Origin: Armatimonadota bacterium
Lineage (GTDB): Bacteria > Armatimonadota > SYMT01
DNA: 64,000 bases
Direction: 5' to 3'
Assembly: GCA_041690135.1 (NCBI GenBank)
Contig: JAWLHY010000001.1
Location: 672,001 to 736,000 of the forward strand
Made by a program: the position numbers and the translations under genes. Within the stretch, counting starts at the first letter, position 1. Each line of letters opens with the position of its first letter. Under the pieces are notes generated by a model that saw only the letters and a program-made list of their open reading frames with translations, did no database searches and was not told the DNA's origin. This document shows positions 49,443 to 59,542 of the stretch, piece by piece.

Positions 49443-50393
49443 ATGTCGGATCTGGTGCGGAGAGAGCGGGCGCAGGTCGGCGGTGGGGAGCTGCTGAGGC
49501 TCTTGCTGGCGGATAAGCGGAGCGAGGCCACGAAACGGGCTTATGCGGCGGACCTGCGGGACTTCTTCGGCGAGGAGCTGAACCCGCGGGAGGTGGAACG
49601 GTTCGTCTCGCAGCCGCCTGCGGAGATCGCGCGGGTGCTGACCACCTATAAGGGCGAGCTTCTCGCCCGCGGGCTAACCGAGGCGACGGTCAACCGGCGG
49701 CTCGCGGCGATCCGGTCGCTGCTCAAGTTCTGCTACCGCCTGGGATGGTCGCAGACCGACGGGCGGTCCCTGGTTGAGGGTGAGCGGGTGGTGGCGTACC
49801 GCGACACGCGCGGCGTAACACCGGAGATCGTGAAAAAGCTGTTCACCGCGGCGAACACGGGAGACCTGACCGGCCTGCGCGACGTGGCGCTCCTCCGCCT
49901 GCTGTGCGAGAACGCGCTTCGCCGGGCCGAGGTGTGCGCCCTGAACGTGGAGGACTTCCGTCCGGAAGAGCGTCGCCTCAACATCCTGGGCAAGGGCAAG
50001 GGGACCCAGAAGGAGCCGGAAACACTCTCCGAGCGGGCCATCGAGGCGCTGAACCGCTACCTGGCGGTGGCCGGCCACGGCGGGAACCCGGAGGCGCCGC
50101 TGCTGCGGAACGTCGATCCTCGGCCGGAGTACAACGGTCTGCGGCTCACGGGCGACGGGATCTACCACATCGTCCGCGACCTGGGCGCGCGCGTCGGCGT
50201 CCCCAGTCTCACACCGCACAAGCTACGCCACACGGCCATCACCATCGCGCTGGACCTGACGGATGGGAATGTCCGCGCGGTGCGGGACCTCTCGCGCCAC
50301 GCCCGCCTGGAGACCCTCCAGCGGTATGACGACAACCGAAGGAACTTCCAGGGAAGCGTTTCGGAGAAGCTCTCCAACCTGTTCGACGAATAG
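49443..50393 (+). CDS. Tyrosine recombinase/integrase (XerC-like, N-terminal SAM-like domain)
   Basis: KRSEATKRAY, ATVNRRLAAIRS; catalytic R (LRRAE), K (GKG), HxxR (HKLRH), H (SRHA), Y (LQRY); RBS GGAGGGAG. Confidence 0.95.
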   Translation: MSDLVRRERAQVGGGELLRLLLADKRSEATKRAYAADLRDFFGEELNPREVERFVSQPPAEIARVLTTYKGELLARGLTEATVNRRLAAIRSLLKFCYRLGWSQTDGRSLVEGERVVAYRDTRGVTPEIVKKLFTAANTGDLTGLRDVALLRLLCENALRRAEVCALNVEDFRPEERRLNILGKGKGTQKEPETLSERAIEALNRYLAVAGHGGNPEAPLLRNVDPRPEYNGLRLTGDGIYHIVRDLGARVGVPSLTPHKLRHTAITIALDLTDGNVRAVRDLSRHARLETLQRYDDNRRNFQGSVSEKLSNLFDE

Positions 50394-50472
50394 CCGGAAC
50401 TTCCGATCCTGGCAAGACGACAGATGAGAGTGAGCGGGCGTGCAGTCCGGTAGTCCCGCACTGGGGTCCTCC

Positions 50473-51741
50473 ATGTCCAAACCGACAGCCGGGCACTTCC
50501 CCTTCCCGATCTCTCGCCCCACACTCCTACAGCAACTCGGAACCCTCGGCGACCTGCTTGAGAACCCGGTTCGAGACCGCGAGCTTCGCAGCCGCATGCG
50601 TGGAGGCCGCACCTACTGGATCACAGGCGGCTACGCTACGGCAGTCAGTGTCTTCGTTCTCTTCCTCTACGGATGGCTTCCGCACCAGTACCAGGGCGTG
50701 GAGATGAAAGCGGCCGCTCCCGGAATTGCGCAAAGCCTCTGGGTATGGGGCTGTGCGCTTCAGGCGGTGTTGCTGAGTTTCTTCGTTCCCGCCTTCACCG
50801 CGGGCAGCATCGCTCGCGAGCGCGAGCGTGAGATGCTGGACCTGCTGTTCCTCACGCGCCTGAGCGCGCTGCGAATCTGCTACGGAAAGCTCGCCGCCGG
50901 GGTTGGGCACGGTTTCATCCTGTTCCTGGCGTCCCTACCACCCCTCGCCCTGTCGTTCACCCTGGGCTCGGTGAGCCCCGTCCAGGTCATCCAGTCGACG
51001 GCCGTCCTGGCGACCTGCGTGTGCTTCGCCGGCGCGTTGGGCCTCTGCCTCTCGTGTATCGCACCCAGAACGGTGACGGCCTCGACCTGGGCGTACCTTC
51101 TCCTGGGCTTCGGGTTGGTGGGCTTGCCCCTGGTCCTGGTGCACTTCGCCAGCGGGCCGTGGACTTCGCAAGTGTCCGATGCCGAAATCGCCGGGATGAT
51201 CATTGCATGCCTGGCGGGAACGTTCCCCCTGGCAGTGCTCCTGGGCGGCATCGGGCTGCGCGTGCGAGAGGGTTGGAAGGAGCGAGAGACGGGAAAGGAA
51301 TGCTCCGCCACGCGGGCCGATTGGCTCCTCTTTTGTGGCTTCTCCTGGTGCGTGACGGCGCTCTCGCTTTGGCTCCCCGGGATGAGCGAACTCGTCCAGA
51401 GCGGCCGCTACCTGCTGGTGCTCCACCCCATTACGGTCCTGCTCTCGACTTCCCCCGGGCCGCAGAGCACAGGGGTCGATCCGCTCCAGGGCCTTGTATT
51501 CTGCGGAATGGCCAGTGCGAGCAGCGTGCGGTCCAGCCCAACGATGATCCAGTTACTGCCGGACTGGCTGCGTGAGCCCGTGGACTCCCTCTTCTGGACT
51601 CTGGGCGACATCGCAAACTACACCGGCTGGAATTCGCTTGGGGACCACCTCTGGTGGATCTACTGCATCATCTTTCTCGGAGCAGCGGCGTGGCTCTTTC
51701 TCATCACGGCCATGCGGGTGAAGCGGCTGCGCGAGGGGTAG
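50473..51741 (+). CDS. ABC-2 type permease-like membrane protein
   Basis: NPVRDRELRSRMRG, PAFTAGSIAREREREMLDLL..T.L, GKL; multiple TM segments. Confidence 0.85.
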   Translation: MSKPTAGHFPFPISRPTLLQQLGTLGDLLENPVRDRELRSRMRGGRTYWITGGYATAVSVFVLFLYGWLPHQYQGVEMKAAAPGIAQSLWVWGCALQAVLLSFFVPAFTAGSIAREREREMLDLLFLTRLSALRICYGKLAAGVGHGFILFLASLPPLALSFTLGSVSPVQVIQSTAVLATCVCFAGALGLCLSCIAPRTVTASTWAYLLLGFGLVGLPLVLVHFASGPWTSQVSDAEIAGMIIACLAGTFPLAVLLGGIGLRVREGWKERETGKECSATRADWLLFCGFSWCVTALSLWLPGMSELVQSGRYLLVLHPITVLLSTSPGPQSTGVDPLQGLVFCGMASASSVRSSPTMIQLLPDWLREPVDSLFWTLGDIANYTGWNSLGDHLWWIYCIIFLGAAAWLFLITAMRVKRLREG

Positions 51742-51831
51742 AGACAACCGGGGCACAGGGGACGTAACCACCGCAGGGCGCAAGGCGTCCATACAGGTAG
51801 CGCCGGGAGGCCGCTGGAGTGCGGGTGCGGA

Positions 51832-51862
51832 TTGACGCGCGCGCCCCGCGGCCTCCTATAAT
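51832..51862 (+). promoter_or_regulatory. Candidate sigma-70 promoter for the moxR locus
   Basis: TTGACG-N19-TATAAT (long spacer). Confidence 0.5.
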
Positions 51863-51931
51863 CTACAAGACTCACACGCGGAATCGCCGGACGGGCGAGA
51901 TCCGGGTGCGGGACCTTCGGAGATCGATTTG

Positions 51932-53743
51932 ATGACCCAGGAACAGGTCCTCCGGGACAAAGTGGGCGAGGTGCGCACCCGCATCCGCCTGCTGGTCACC
52001 CAGCAATGGATCTGCACGGCCCTCACCGTGTCGCTCCTGACCGGTCTGCTGCTGGTGCTGGCGACCAAGATGCGCTGGTGGACGGATGCCGTCGACTACC
52101 TCTGGGCGCTGGTCTTGCTGGGCGCGGCCGCGGGGTTCGCGATCGGGTGGACCCGCAGCATCACCCCGCAGGTGGCCGCGCAGGTCGCGGATGAGAAGGG
52201 CGGCCTGAAGGAGCGCCTCTCCACCGCGGTGGAGCTGGCCGCCTCCCCCACCCGCAGCCAGATCGCGGAGGTCCAGATCTCCGATGCCGCCGAGCACGCG
52301 CGGCAGTTGAATGTTTCCCAGGTGTTGCCCTGGAAGGCTCCGAAGCAGCTCCGCTACGTGGGCGCCGCCGCCGTGGTGCTGGCCGCCGCCGTGTTCGTGC
52401 CGGAGCTCCCGATCTTCCACAGCAAGCAGGAGCGCCTCGACGCCCAGGTGATGAAGAATGAGGGCACCCGCCTTCAGAAAGTCGCCAAGCAAGTCGAAGC
52501 CAAGCTGAAGGAGAAGAAAGAGAAAGAGTCCGACGAAGAGATCCTCCGCCGGGTCGCCAAGGAGATGCAGAAGCTGGGGAAAGACCAGGCGAAGTCTCGC
52601 GTCTCCAAGAAGCAGGCCATGCTGGCGATGAACGATCTGCAGAAACAGATCAAGGAAGAGGAGAACAAGCTCGCCGGGGGGCCCGCCGGGAAGTCGATGG
52701 AGAAGGTGACGGCCGACCTGAAGGCCGCCGCCGACAAGCAGACCCAGCAGGGCAGCAACGACGCCGGCAAGACGCTGAAGCAGATGGCCGAGAACCTGGA
52801 CAAGCGCGACTTCGATGCCGCCAAGCAGCAGTTGGAGGACCTCGCCAAGAATATCCAGTCCGGCAGCCTGAAACCGGAAGAGGCCAAGCAACTGGCGGAA
52901 ACCATGGAGCAGATGTCCAAGGCCATGGCCGGCTCCAACCTGGACCAGGCCTCGCAGGAGCTCAAGGACGCGGCCTCCAAGCTGCAGGACGCGGTGAAGC
53001 AGGCGGAACAGATACAGCAAAAGATGCAGCAGGCGAAGACCGACGCGGAACGCCAGCAGCTTCAGGAACAGATGCAGCAGGCCCTGAACCAGGGGATGCA
53101 GCAGGCGGCGGCGCAGTGCAGTAAGGCGGGCGGCACATGACAGTCCGCCGGAGGGCGTCAGCGGTCCGCTGACCAACTAGCAGAAATGTCGAAGGCGCTC
53201 CGGTCCGCCCAGCAGTCGCTGCAGCAGGCCGGCCAGGAAACGGCCCAGGGCGGTGGCAGCCAGGGCGACCAGAAGAAAGACGGCCAGGAAGGGCAGTCCG
53301 GCTCCCGAGGCCAGCAGGGCGAACAGGGTGACCAGGCGGGCGAGGGTCAGAATGAGGCCAGCGAAGCGGAGATGGGCGCGGAGTTCGGCGCTTCCCAGTC
53401 CGCTTCCCAGAGCAGCAGTGACTCCGGGGACCCCGGCGCCTCGCAGCGCCGGGGCGGTGGACGCGGCAATGCCGGCCGCGGTGTCGGCGGGAACGTCGGC
53501 GCTCAGCAGCCGCTTCCGGGCAAGAAGAACGACAAGCTCGTTCGCGGCACGGTCAATGATAAGGGCAAGAAGCTGAGTCGCTCCTACATGGGCACGCCGG
53601 ACCCCACGCAGGACCGGGCCGCCTACTACAGCGTGGTTCCCGATAAGGTGAAGGCGGCCGAAGCTTCGCTGAACCGGGAAGAGATCCCCACGGGATACAA
53701 GAAGGCCGTCCGCGACTACTTCAACTCGATACAGCCTCGATAA
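51932..53743 (+). CDS. Membrane-anchored coiled-coil protein (DUF4175-like) with in-frame UGA; probable selenoprotein
   Basis: ORFs 51929-53140 and 53186-53743 share a frame with only TGA 53138-53140 between; N-terminal TMs, LKERLSTAVE, Q/G-rich linker and C-terminal IPTGYKKAVRDYF make one typical protein. Confidence 0.7.
53157..53173 (+). promoter_or_regulatory. Putative bacterial SECIS hairpin
   Basis: GTCAGCG-GTC-CGCTGAC, perfect stem with a GU-containing apical loop ~22-23 nt after the UGA. Confidence 0.6.
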
Positions 53744-53756
53744 GGAAACTCCAGTC

Positions 53757-54803
53757 TTGTCTTCAACGGAAGCCCTCCCACCCAACGGCGCCGCCCGGGC
53801 GCAGGTCGAAGCACGCGCCCGGGAGTTCATGGACCGCTACCGCAGCGTGCGGCAGGAGATCGCGAAGGTCGTCGTCGGCCAGGATGCCGTCGTGGAGTCG
53901 GTGCTCGTCGCCGTCCTGTGTGGCGGTCACGCCCTGCTGGAGGGGGTGCCCGGGCTCGGCAAGACGCTGCTGGTGCGGACCATCAGCCAGGCGCTGAACC
54001 TGGAGTTCAACCGCATCCAGTTCACTCCCGACCTGATGCCGGCGGACATCACCGGCACGAATATTGTGGTGGAAGACCCCTCCGGCCGGCGGGTCTTCCA
54101 GTTCCAGCCCGGTCCGGTGTTCGCCAATATCGTGCTGGCGGACGAAATCAACCGGGCCACGCCCAAGACCCAGTCCGCTCTGCTGGAAGCCATGCAGGAA
54201 CATTCCGTAACGGTGGCCGGCACCATCCACCGGCTGGATGAGCCGTTCTTTGTGCTCGCCACGCAAAACCCGATCGAGCAGGAGGGGACCTATCCCCTAC
54301 CCGAAGCGCAGCTCGACCGGTTCCTGTTCAAGGTTCTGGTCCCGCAACCCCGGCTGGAGGACCTGGCCGCCATCGTGGACCGCACCACCGGCACCCAGGC
54401 CAACCATGCCAGTGCCGTGCTGAACGGCGAGCAGATCATGGCGATGCAGCGCCTCGCGCGCGAGATCGTGGTGGAAGGCCAGGTGCGGGACTACGCCCTG
54501 AAGATCGTGCTGGGGACCCACCCGGATAGCGAGTACGCCCCCGACGCCGTGAAGCGGTTCGTCCGAGTCGGCTCCAGCCCTCGCGGCGCCCAGGCGATCA
54601 TCCTGGCGGCCAAGGTCCACGCGCTGCTCCAGGGTCGCTACAACGTTGCCTATGACGACATCGACCACGTCGCCACGCCGGCACTGCGGCATCGCCTCAT
54701 CCTCAACTTCGAGGGGGAAGCGGAAGGGGTGACCACGGACAGCGTGGTGGCGGACATCCGGAGCCGGGTGCGGGAAGCGGCGCGGCCGCAAGTGGGAGTG
54801 TAA
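53757..54803 (+). CDS. moxR: MoxR family AAA+ ATPase
   Basis: EGVPGLGKT, RIQFTPDLMPADITG, LADEINRATPKTQSALLEAMQE, ATQNPIEQEGTYPLPEAQLDRF. Confidence 0.96.
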   Translation: MSSTEALPPNGAARAQVEARAREFMDRYRSVRQEIAKVVVGQDAVVESVLVAVLCGGHALLEGVPGLGKTLLVRTISQALNLEFNRIQFTPDLMPADITGTNIVVEDPSGRRVFQFQPGPVFANIVLADEINRATPKTQSALLEAMQEHSVTVAGTIHRLDEPFFVLATQNPIEQEGTYPLPEAQLDRFLFKVLVPQPRLEDLAAIVDRTTGTQANHASAVLNGEQIMAMQRLAREIVVEGQVRDYALKIVLGTHPDSEYAPDAVKRFVRVGSSPRGAQAIILAAKVHALLQGRYNVAYDDIDHVATPALRHRLILNFEGEAEGVTTDSVVADIRSRVREAARPQVGV

Positions 54804-54903
54804 GTCGGCGGCAGGGAAGAGCGGGCGGGGCGCCGAATAGAGGTGCGGGAAGAACGCGGTTACGTTTGAGAACCCGCGGTTTTCGGCACCTTGAAGGCAA
54901 ACG

Positions 54904-56082
54904 ATGAGCCCGAGGAACCCCGCAAATCCGGCCGGTAAGTTCCCGCTCGCCACCTACTGCCTCATCCTGGCGCAGTTGGTGGTGTGGATCGTCGTGCGCC
55001 GCTTCTTGCTGCAGGGCGGAGAGTGGACGCAGTTCGCCCTCTACCCGGGCGCTCCGGATGAACTGGGGCTGATCATCTCCCCCTTCATCCACATCGAGCC
55101 GGTCCACCTGGGGATCAACCTGGCCGTGCTCTGGCTGTTCGGCACCAGCCTGGAGCGGACGGTCGGCTCGTTCCAGTTCCTCTTCTTCTACCTGGGCGCC
55201 GCCTGGTTTTCCTCGCTCATGCAATGGGCGGTCTCCACGGCGTTCCAGGTCCATCCCAACCTGGCGGCCAGCAATGCGGCCGTGGGCTCTTCGGGAGCAG
55301 TCGCGGGGATCATGGCCGCGCACCTGGTGCGCTTTCCGCGCGCCCGCCTGAGCCTGCCCTTCAACCGCTCGTTTACGGTGCCCGCCACCCCCATCCTCAC
55401 GCTGTGGGTGGTCTATACCCTTTTCCGCGCGATCATCACCACGGTCGTGGGCTACTCCGAGGGGATCGGGCACTGGGCCCATTTCGGCGGGTTCGTGTTC
55501 GGCCTCGCCATGGCGCAGTTGATGGGCCTCCATCACCTCGCCCGGCGCGAGATGCTGGCGCAAACGGCAGAGGAGGCGTACGCCAGCGACAACCTGCTGG
55601 TGGCTGCCCGGGCCTGGTCCGCGCTGCTGGCCATGCGGCCATCGGACACCCATACCCGTACCGCCCTGATCACGACCCGCCTCGCCATGAGCGATGTTCC
55701 GGGCGCCCGGCGGCTGGCCCGCGAGGGCCTGGAAGCGCTGGTAAAAGCGAACGACCGCCCCACGGCCATCGAGTTGTACGAAGAGTACGTGGAGTTGGTG
55801 CCGGAGTTGGACCTTCCCCCCGGCATCCGGTATCGCCTGGGCTGTTGGCTGGCGGATGCGGGGCGTGACGAACTGGCGTTCCGCGCGCTGTGGGAGAGCG
55901 TCCGCGAAGACGGCGCCACGCCCTCTTCCGCGGCGGCGCTCTACCGCGCGGGCAAGCTGGCGCTGGAGCGCCTCCAGAGCCCCCGCCACGCGCGCCAGGC
56001 CTGGAACTGCCTCCTGGAGCAGTTCCCCGATTCGCCCTGGTGCGACGCGGCCCGCGATAGCCTGCGCCACTTGCCGGCTTAA
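54904..56082 (+). CDS. Rhomboid family intramembrane serine protease with C-terminal TPR-like domain
   Basis: HLGIN, VGSSGAVAG, WAHFGG; helical C-terminus ending FPDSPW. Confidence 0.9.
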   Translation: MSPRNPANPAGKFPLATYCLILAQLVVWIVVRRFLLQGGEWTQFALYPGAPDELGLIISPFIHIEPVHLGINLAVLWLFGTSLERTVGSFQFLFFYLGAAWFSSLMQWAVSTAFQVHPNLAASNAAVGSSGAVAGIMAAHLVRFPRARLSLPFNRSFTVPATPILTLWVVYTLFRAIITTVVGYSEGIGHWAHFGGFVFGLAMAQLMGLHHLARREMLAQTAEEAYASDNLLVAARAWSALLAMRPSDTHTRTALITTRLAMSDVPGARRLAREGLEALVKANDRPTAIELYEEYVELVPELDLPPGIRYRLGCWLADAGRDELAFRALWESVREDGATPSSAAALYRAGKLALERLQSPRHARQAWNCLLEQFPDSPWCDAARDSLRHLPA

Positions 56083-56159
56083 TCCTGACTTCTGGTGCCT
56101 TCTGGTGCCCTCTGCCGGCGGGTTTGAGTTTGCGGGGCGCACGGTGTATCATGGAGCCC

Positions 56160-56525
<366 letters not shown>

Positions 56526-56563
56526 ACCCTTTCGCCCCGCTTCACGACTTCTCCCACAACCCC

Positions 56564-57667
56564 ATGACGCCCCAGCAAGAACTCTCCGCAAAGCTCAAGC
56601 GCGTACGCGCACTGTTGGCGCGCACCGGCCGCCGGGGCGCCCTGCTCCACACGGTGGCAAACTTTGCCTGGCTCACCGCCGGCGGCCGCAACCACGTCAG
56701 CATCGCCGCCGAGCGCGGCGTGGGCGCGCTCCTGGTGACGCCCGATATGGCCTACCTCCTGGCGGACAACATCGAGCTGGCGCGGCTGCAGGAAGAGGAG
56801 CTGGCGGGCCTGGACCTGAAGCCGCGAGAGTTTTCCTGGTGGTCCGGCAGTATCGTGGAGGAAGCCCTCAAGCTCGTTCCGGCGAGCGAGTTGGTGACCG
56901 ACTTCCCCCACCCCGGCGCGCACGTGCTCTCCGCGGACGAGATGATGGCCCTTCGCAATCCGTTGTTGTCCATAGAGGTGGAGCGGTACCGGGCGCTGGG
57001 TCGAGACGTCGCCATCGTGATGCAGCACGCCGCGTTCCACTGCCGGCCCTCCCTCTCCGAGCACCAATTGGCCGGGATGCTCGCGCAGGGGCTGGTGGAC
57101 TTCGGCATCCACCCCGGCGTGACGCTGGTTGCCACGGACGAGCGTGTCTATTCCCGCCGGCATCCCATTCCCACGGGGCGCCGCCTGGAGAAGTACGCCA
57201 TGCTGGTGATCGGCGGTCGCCGCGACGGGCTGAGTCTTTCCATCACCCGGCTCGTCCATTTCGGTCCGATCCCCGAGGAACTGCAGCAACGACATCTCGC
57301 CTGCGCCCGCGTGGATGCCGCGATCCTGGCCGCGACTCGTCCCGGTGCGGCCATCGCGGGGGTGTTCCACGTCGCCCAGGAAGCCTACGCCGCCGAGGGC
57401 TATCCGGACGAGTGGAAGCTCCACCACCAGGGCGGTCCCACCGGGTACGCGGCGCGCGACCTGAAAGCCACCCCCACCTGTGCCGGCACCGTTCAGAGCG
57501 GCCAAGCCTTTGCCTGGAACCCGAGCATCGCCGGCACCAAGTCCGAGGACACCGTTCTGGTGACCGACGACGGAATCGAGGTCCTCTCCACCACCCCGGA
57601 TCTCCCCGTGGTGCGAGTCACCGCTGCCGGCAAGGCGTTCGAGCGAGCCGCGATTCTGGAGAGATGA
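56564..57667 (+). CDS. M24 family (Xaa-Pro-type) peptidase
   Basis: NFAWLTAGG, RRHPIPT, WKLHHQGGPTGY, AWNPSIAGTKSEDT. Confidence 0.88.
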   Translation: MTPQQELSAKLKRVRALLARTGRRGALLHTVANFAWLTAGGRNHVSIAAERGVGALLVTPDMAYLLADNIELARLQEEELAGLDLKPREFSWWSGSIVEEALKLVPASELVTDFPHPGAHVLSADEMMALRNPLLSIEVERYRALGRDVAIVMQHAAFHCRPSLSEHQLAGMLAQGLVDFGIHPGVTLVATDERVYSRRHPIPTGRRLEKYAMLVIGGRRDGLSLSITRLVHFGPIPEELQQRHLACARVDAAILAATRPGAAIAGVFHVAQEAYAAEGYPDEWKLHHQGGPTGYAARDLKATPTCAGTVQSGQAFAWNPSIAGTKSEDTVLVTDDGIEVLSTTPDLPVVRVTAAGKAFERAAILER

Positions 57668-57671
57668 TTCT

Positions 57672-57778
57672 TGAAGGATGAAGGCGGAACAATGAAGGAT
57701 GAAAGCAGGGGACGGTAGGCAGGGGGCAGTCTTTTGGGTTTGCAGGTTGGCAAGTTGGAAAGTTTGCAGGTTAGAACC
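57672..57778. repeat. Short imperfect tandem repeats (TGAAGGA heptamers; GTTKGCAR octamers)
   Basis: tgaaggatgaagg...tgaaggatgaaag; gtttgcaggttggcaagttggaaagtttgcaggtt. Confidence 0.7.
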
Positions 57779-57861
57779 CTGGAGACCGGAGCCAGGTGCG
57801 GTCGGGCACCTGAATGCCTGAACGTTTACCTCCCCCACAGGGGGGCCTGAACAGCTGAACA

Positions 57862-58076
57862 ATGTTGTTGGCAAATTATCCAGGATCGGCTGCAGCGCAT
57901 GCGTCGGGTACCCCGAAGGGGTGATGGATTGCACTGCGCCGCTACCGACCCGGTGTCGGCATTGGCGATCCGGGTGAGCCGCGACGACTGCGAGACCATA
58001 GGCTTCCGCAGTGCAACTGCGGACGAAGTATTTCGCGGGCAGTCCAACTGCCCGCGATCGTATTTACAAACAGCAT
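57862..58076. mobile_element. Putative MITE (~215 bp) with imperfect terminal inverted repeats
   Basis: ATGTTGTTGGCAAAT vs reverse complement of right end ATGCTGTTTGTAAAT (12/15); internal hairpins; interrupts a CCTGAACA octamer array. Confidence 0.5.
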
Positions 58077-58159
58077 CCTGAACGCCTGAACACCCGACCA
58101 CCCGACCACCCGAAACCCTCCCCGCCCTCCGTTGTCCCAGGACACCAGGGGGAACTGTA

Positions 58160-59542
58160 ATGCTCTCGATCTCTCGGTGTCCCGGTACTTTTGGACGACG
58201 CGCCTTCGTGCGGTCGGGGATTCTTGGGCTCTGGAGCCTGGGCCTGACGGACCTGTTCCGAATGGAGGCCTCCGCCGCGCAAGCTCCTGCTTCCGGGCGG
58301 GTGCTCTCCCCCACCGGCGCCACCGGGAAATCGATCATCGTTCTCTGGTTGTGGGGCGGTCCCAGCCACATGGAAACGTTCGATCTGAAGCCGGATGCGC
58401 CCGCGGAGTACCGGGGCGAGTTCAAGCCGATCAAGACCAACGTGCCGGGTATCGAGATCTGCGAGCACCTTCCGCGCCTCGCGAAACTGGCCGACAAGTA
58501 CGCGCTGATCCGCTCCTGTCACCACGACAGCACCGGGCACGTTAACAGTACCCACACGGTGATGACGGCCTTCCAGGGCGAGGAGGTGGAAACGCCTCCC
58601 TACAAACCGAAGTACCCGGACGTGTGGGCGGTGATCAACCATGCGCAGGGGGACTGGTCTCGGCGCATACCCCCTTACGTGGCGCTGCCGCGCACCCGGT
58701 ACGATGGGGCCGCCTACCTGGGCTCCGCCGCGGACCCCCTCATTGTGAAGGGCGACCCGAACCAGAAGGGGTTCCGCGTGGACGACCTCTGCCCGCGGAC
58801 GGAACTCCAGGCTCGGATCTCGCGCCGGGCCACCTTGCTCGAGCGGTTCGATGCTACGCGCCGGGACGTGCACACCGCCACAGAAGCGACTTCCCTCGAT
58901 GCCTTCCAGCAGCGCGCCCTTTCCGTGTTGACCAGCGACGCTGCCGCCCGGGCGTTCGACATCGATCAGGAGGATCCGAAGCTGCGGGACCTGTACGGCC
59001 GGCACGAGGTGGGCCAGCGGTGCTTGCTCGCGCGCCGCCTGGTAGAGGCCGGGGCGCGCATCGTGACGATCGACTTCCCCTGCGTGCCGGGTCAGAAGGC
59101 CTTTAGCTGGGACGACCACGCCAGCGTGTGGAATATCTTCGAGCAGATGAAGATCCGCCTGCCCGTTCTCGACCAGGTGGTCTCCGCCCTGATCACGGAT
59201 CTATACGACCGCGGCCTGGACAAAGATACGATGCTGGTGGTGATGGGGGAAATGGGCCGTACGCCGAAGCTGAGCAACCATAACGGCCAGCCCGGTCGCG
59301 AGCATTGGGGGCGGGCCATGTCGGTGCTCCTTGCCGGGGGCGGTCTGCCGATGGGACAGGTGATCGGCCAGACCACGGATCGGGGTGAGGAACCGAGCGA
59401 ACGGGCTCTTAAGCCCACCGATCTGCAGGCGACGTGGTACCGCTACTTTGGCATTCCGCTGGATACGCAGTATCTCGACCGCACCGGGCGTCCCATTCCG
59501 ATCCTGCCGGACGGGGAGCCGATCCGGGAGTTGATCTCCTGA
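58160..59542 (+). CDS. DUF1501 domain protein
   Basis: GRRAFV, WLWGGPSHMETFDLKP, CLLARRLVEAG, WDDH, GEMGRTP, GREHW. Confidence 0.93.
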   Translation: MLSISRCPGTFGRRAFVRSGILGLWSLGLTDLFRMEASAAQAPASGRVLSPTGATGKSIIVLWLWGGPSHMETFDLKPDAPAEYRGEFKPIKTNVPGIEICEHLPRLAKLADKYALIRSCHHDSTGHVNSTHTVMTAFQGEEVETPPYKPKYPDVWAVINHAQGDWSRRIPPYVALPRTRYDGAAYLGSAADPLIVKGDPNQKGFRVDDLCPRTELQARISRRATLLERFDATRRDVHTATEATSLDAFQQRALSVLTSDAAARAFDIDQEDPKLRDLYGRHEVGQRCLLARRLVEAGARIVTIDFPCVPGQKAFSWDDHASVWNIFEQMKIRLPVLDQVVSALITDLYDRGLDKDTMLVVMGEMGRTPKLSNHNGQPGREHWGRAMSVLLAGGGLPMGQVIGQTTDRGEEPSERALKPTDLQATWYRYFGIPLDTQYLDRTGRPIPILPDGEPIRELIS

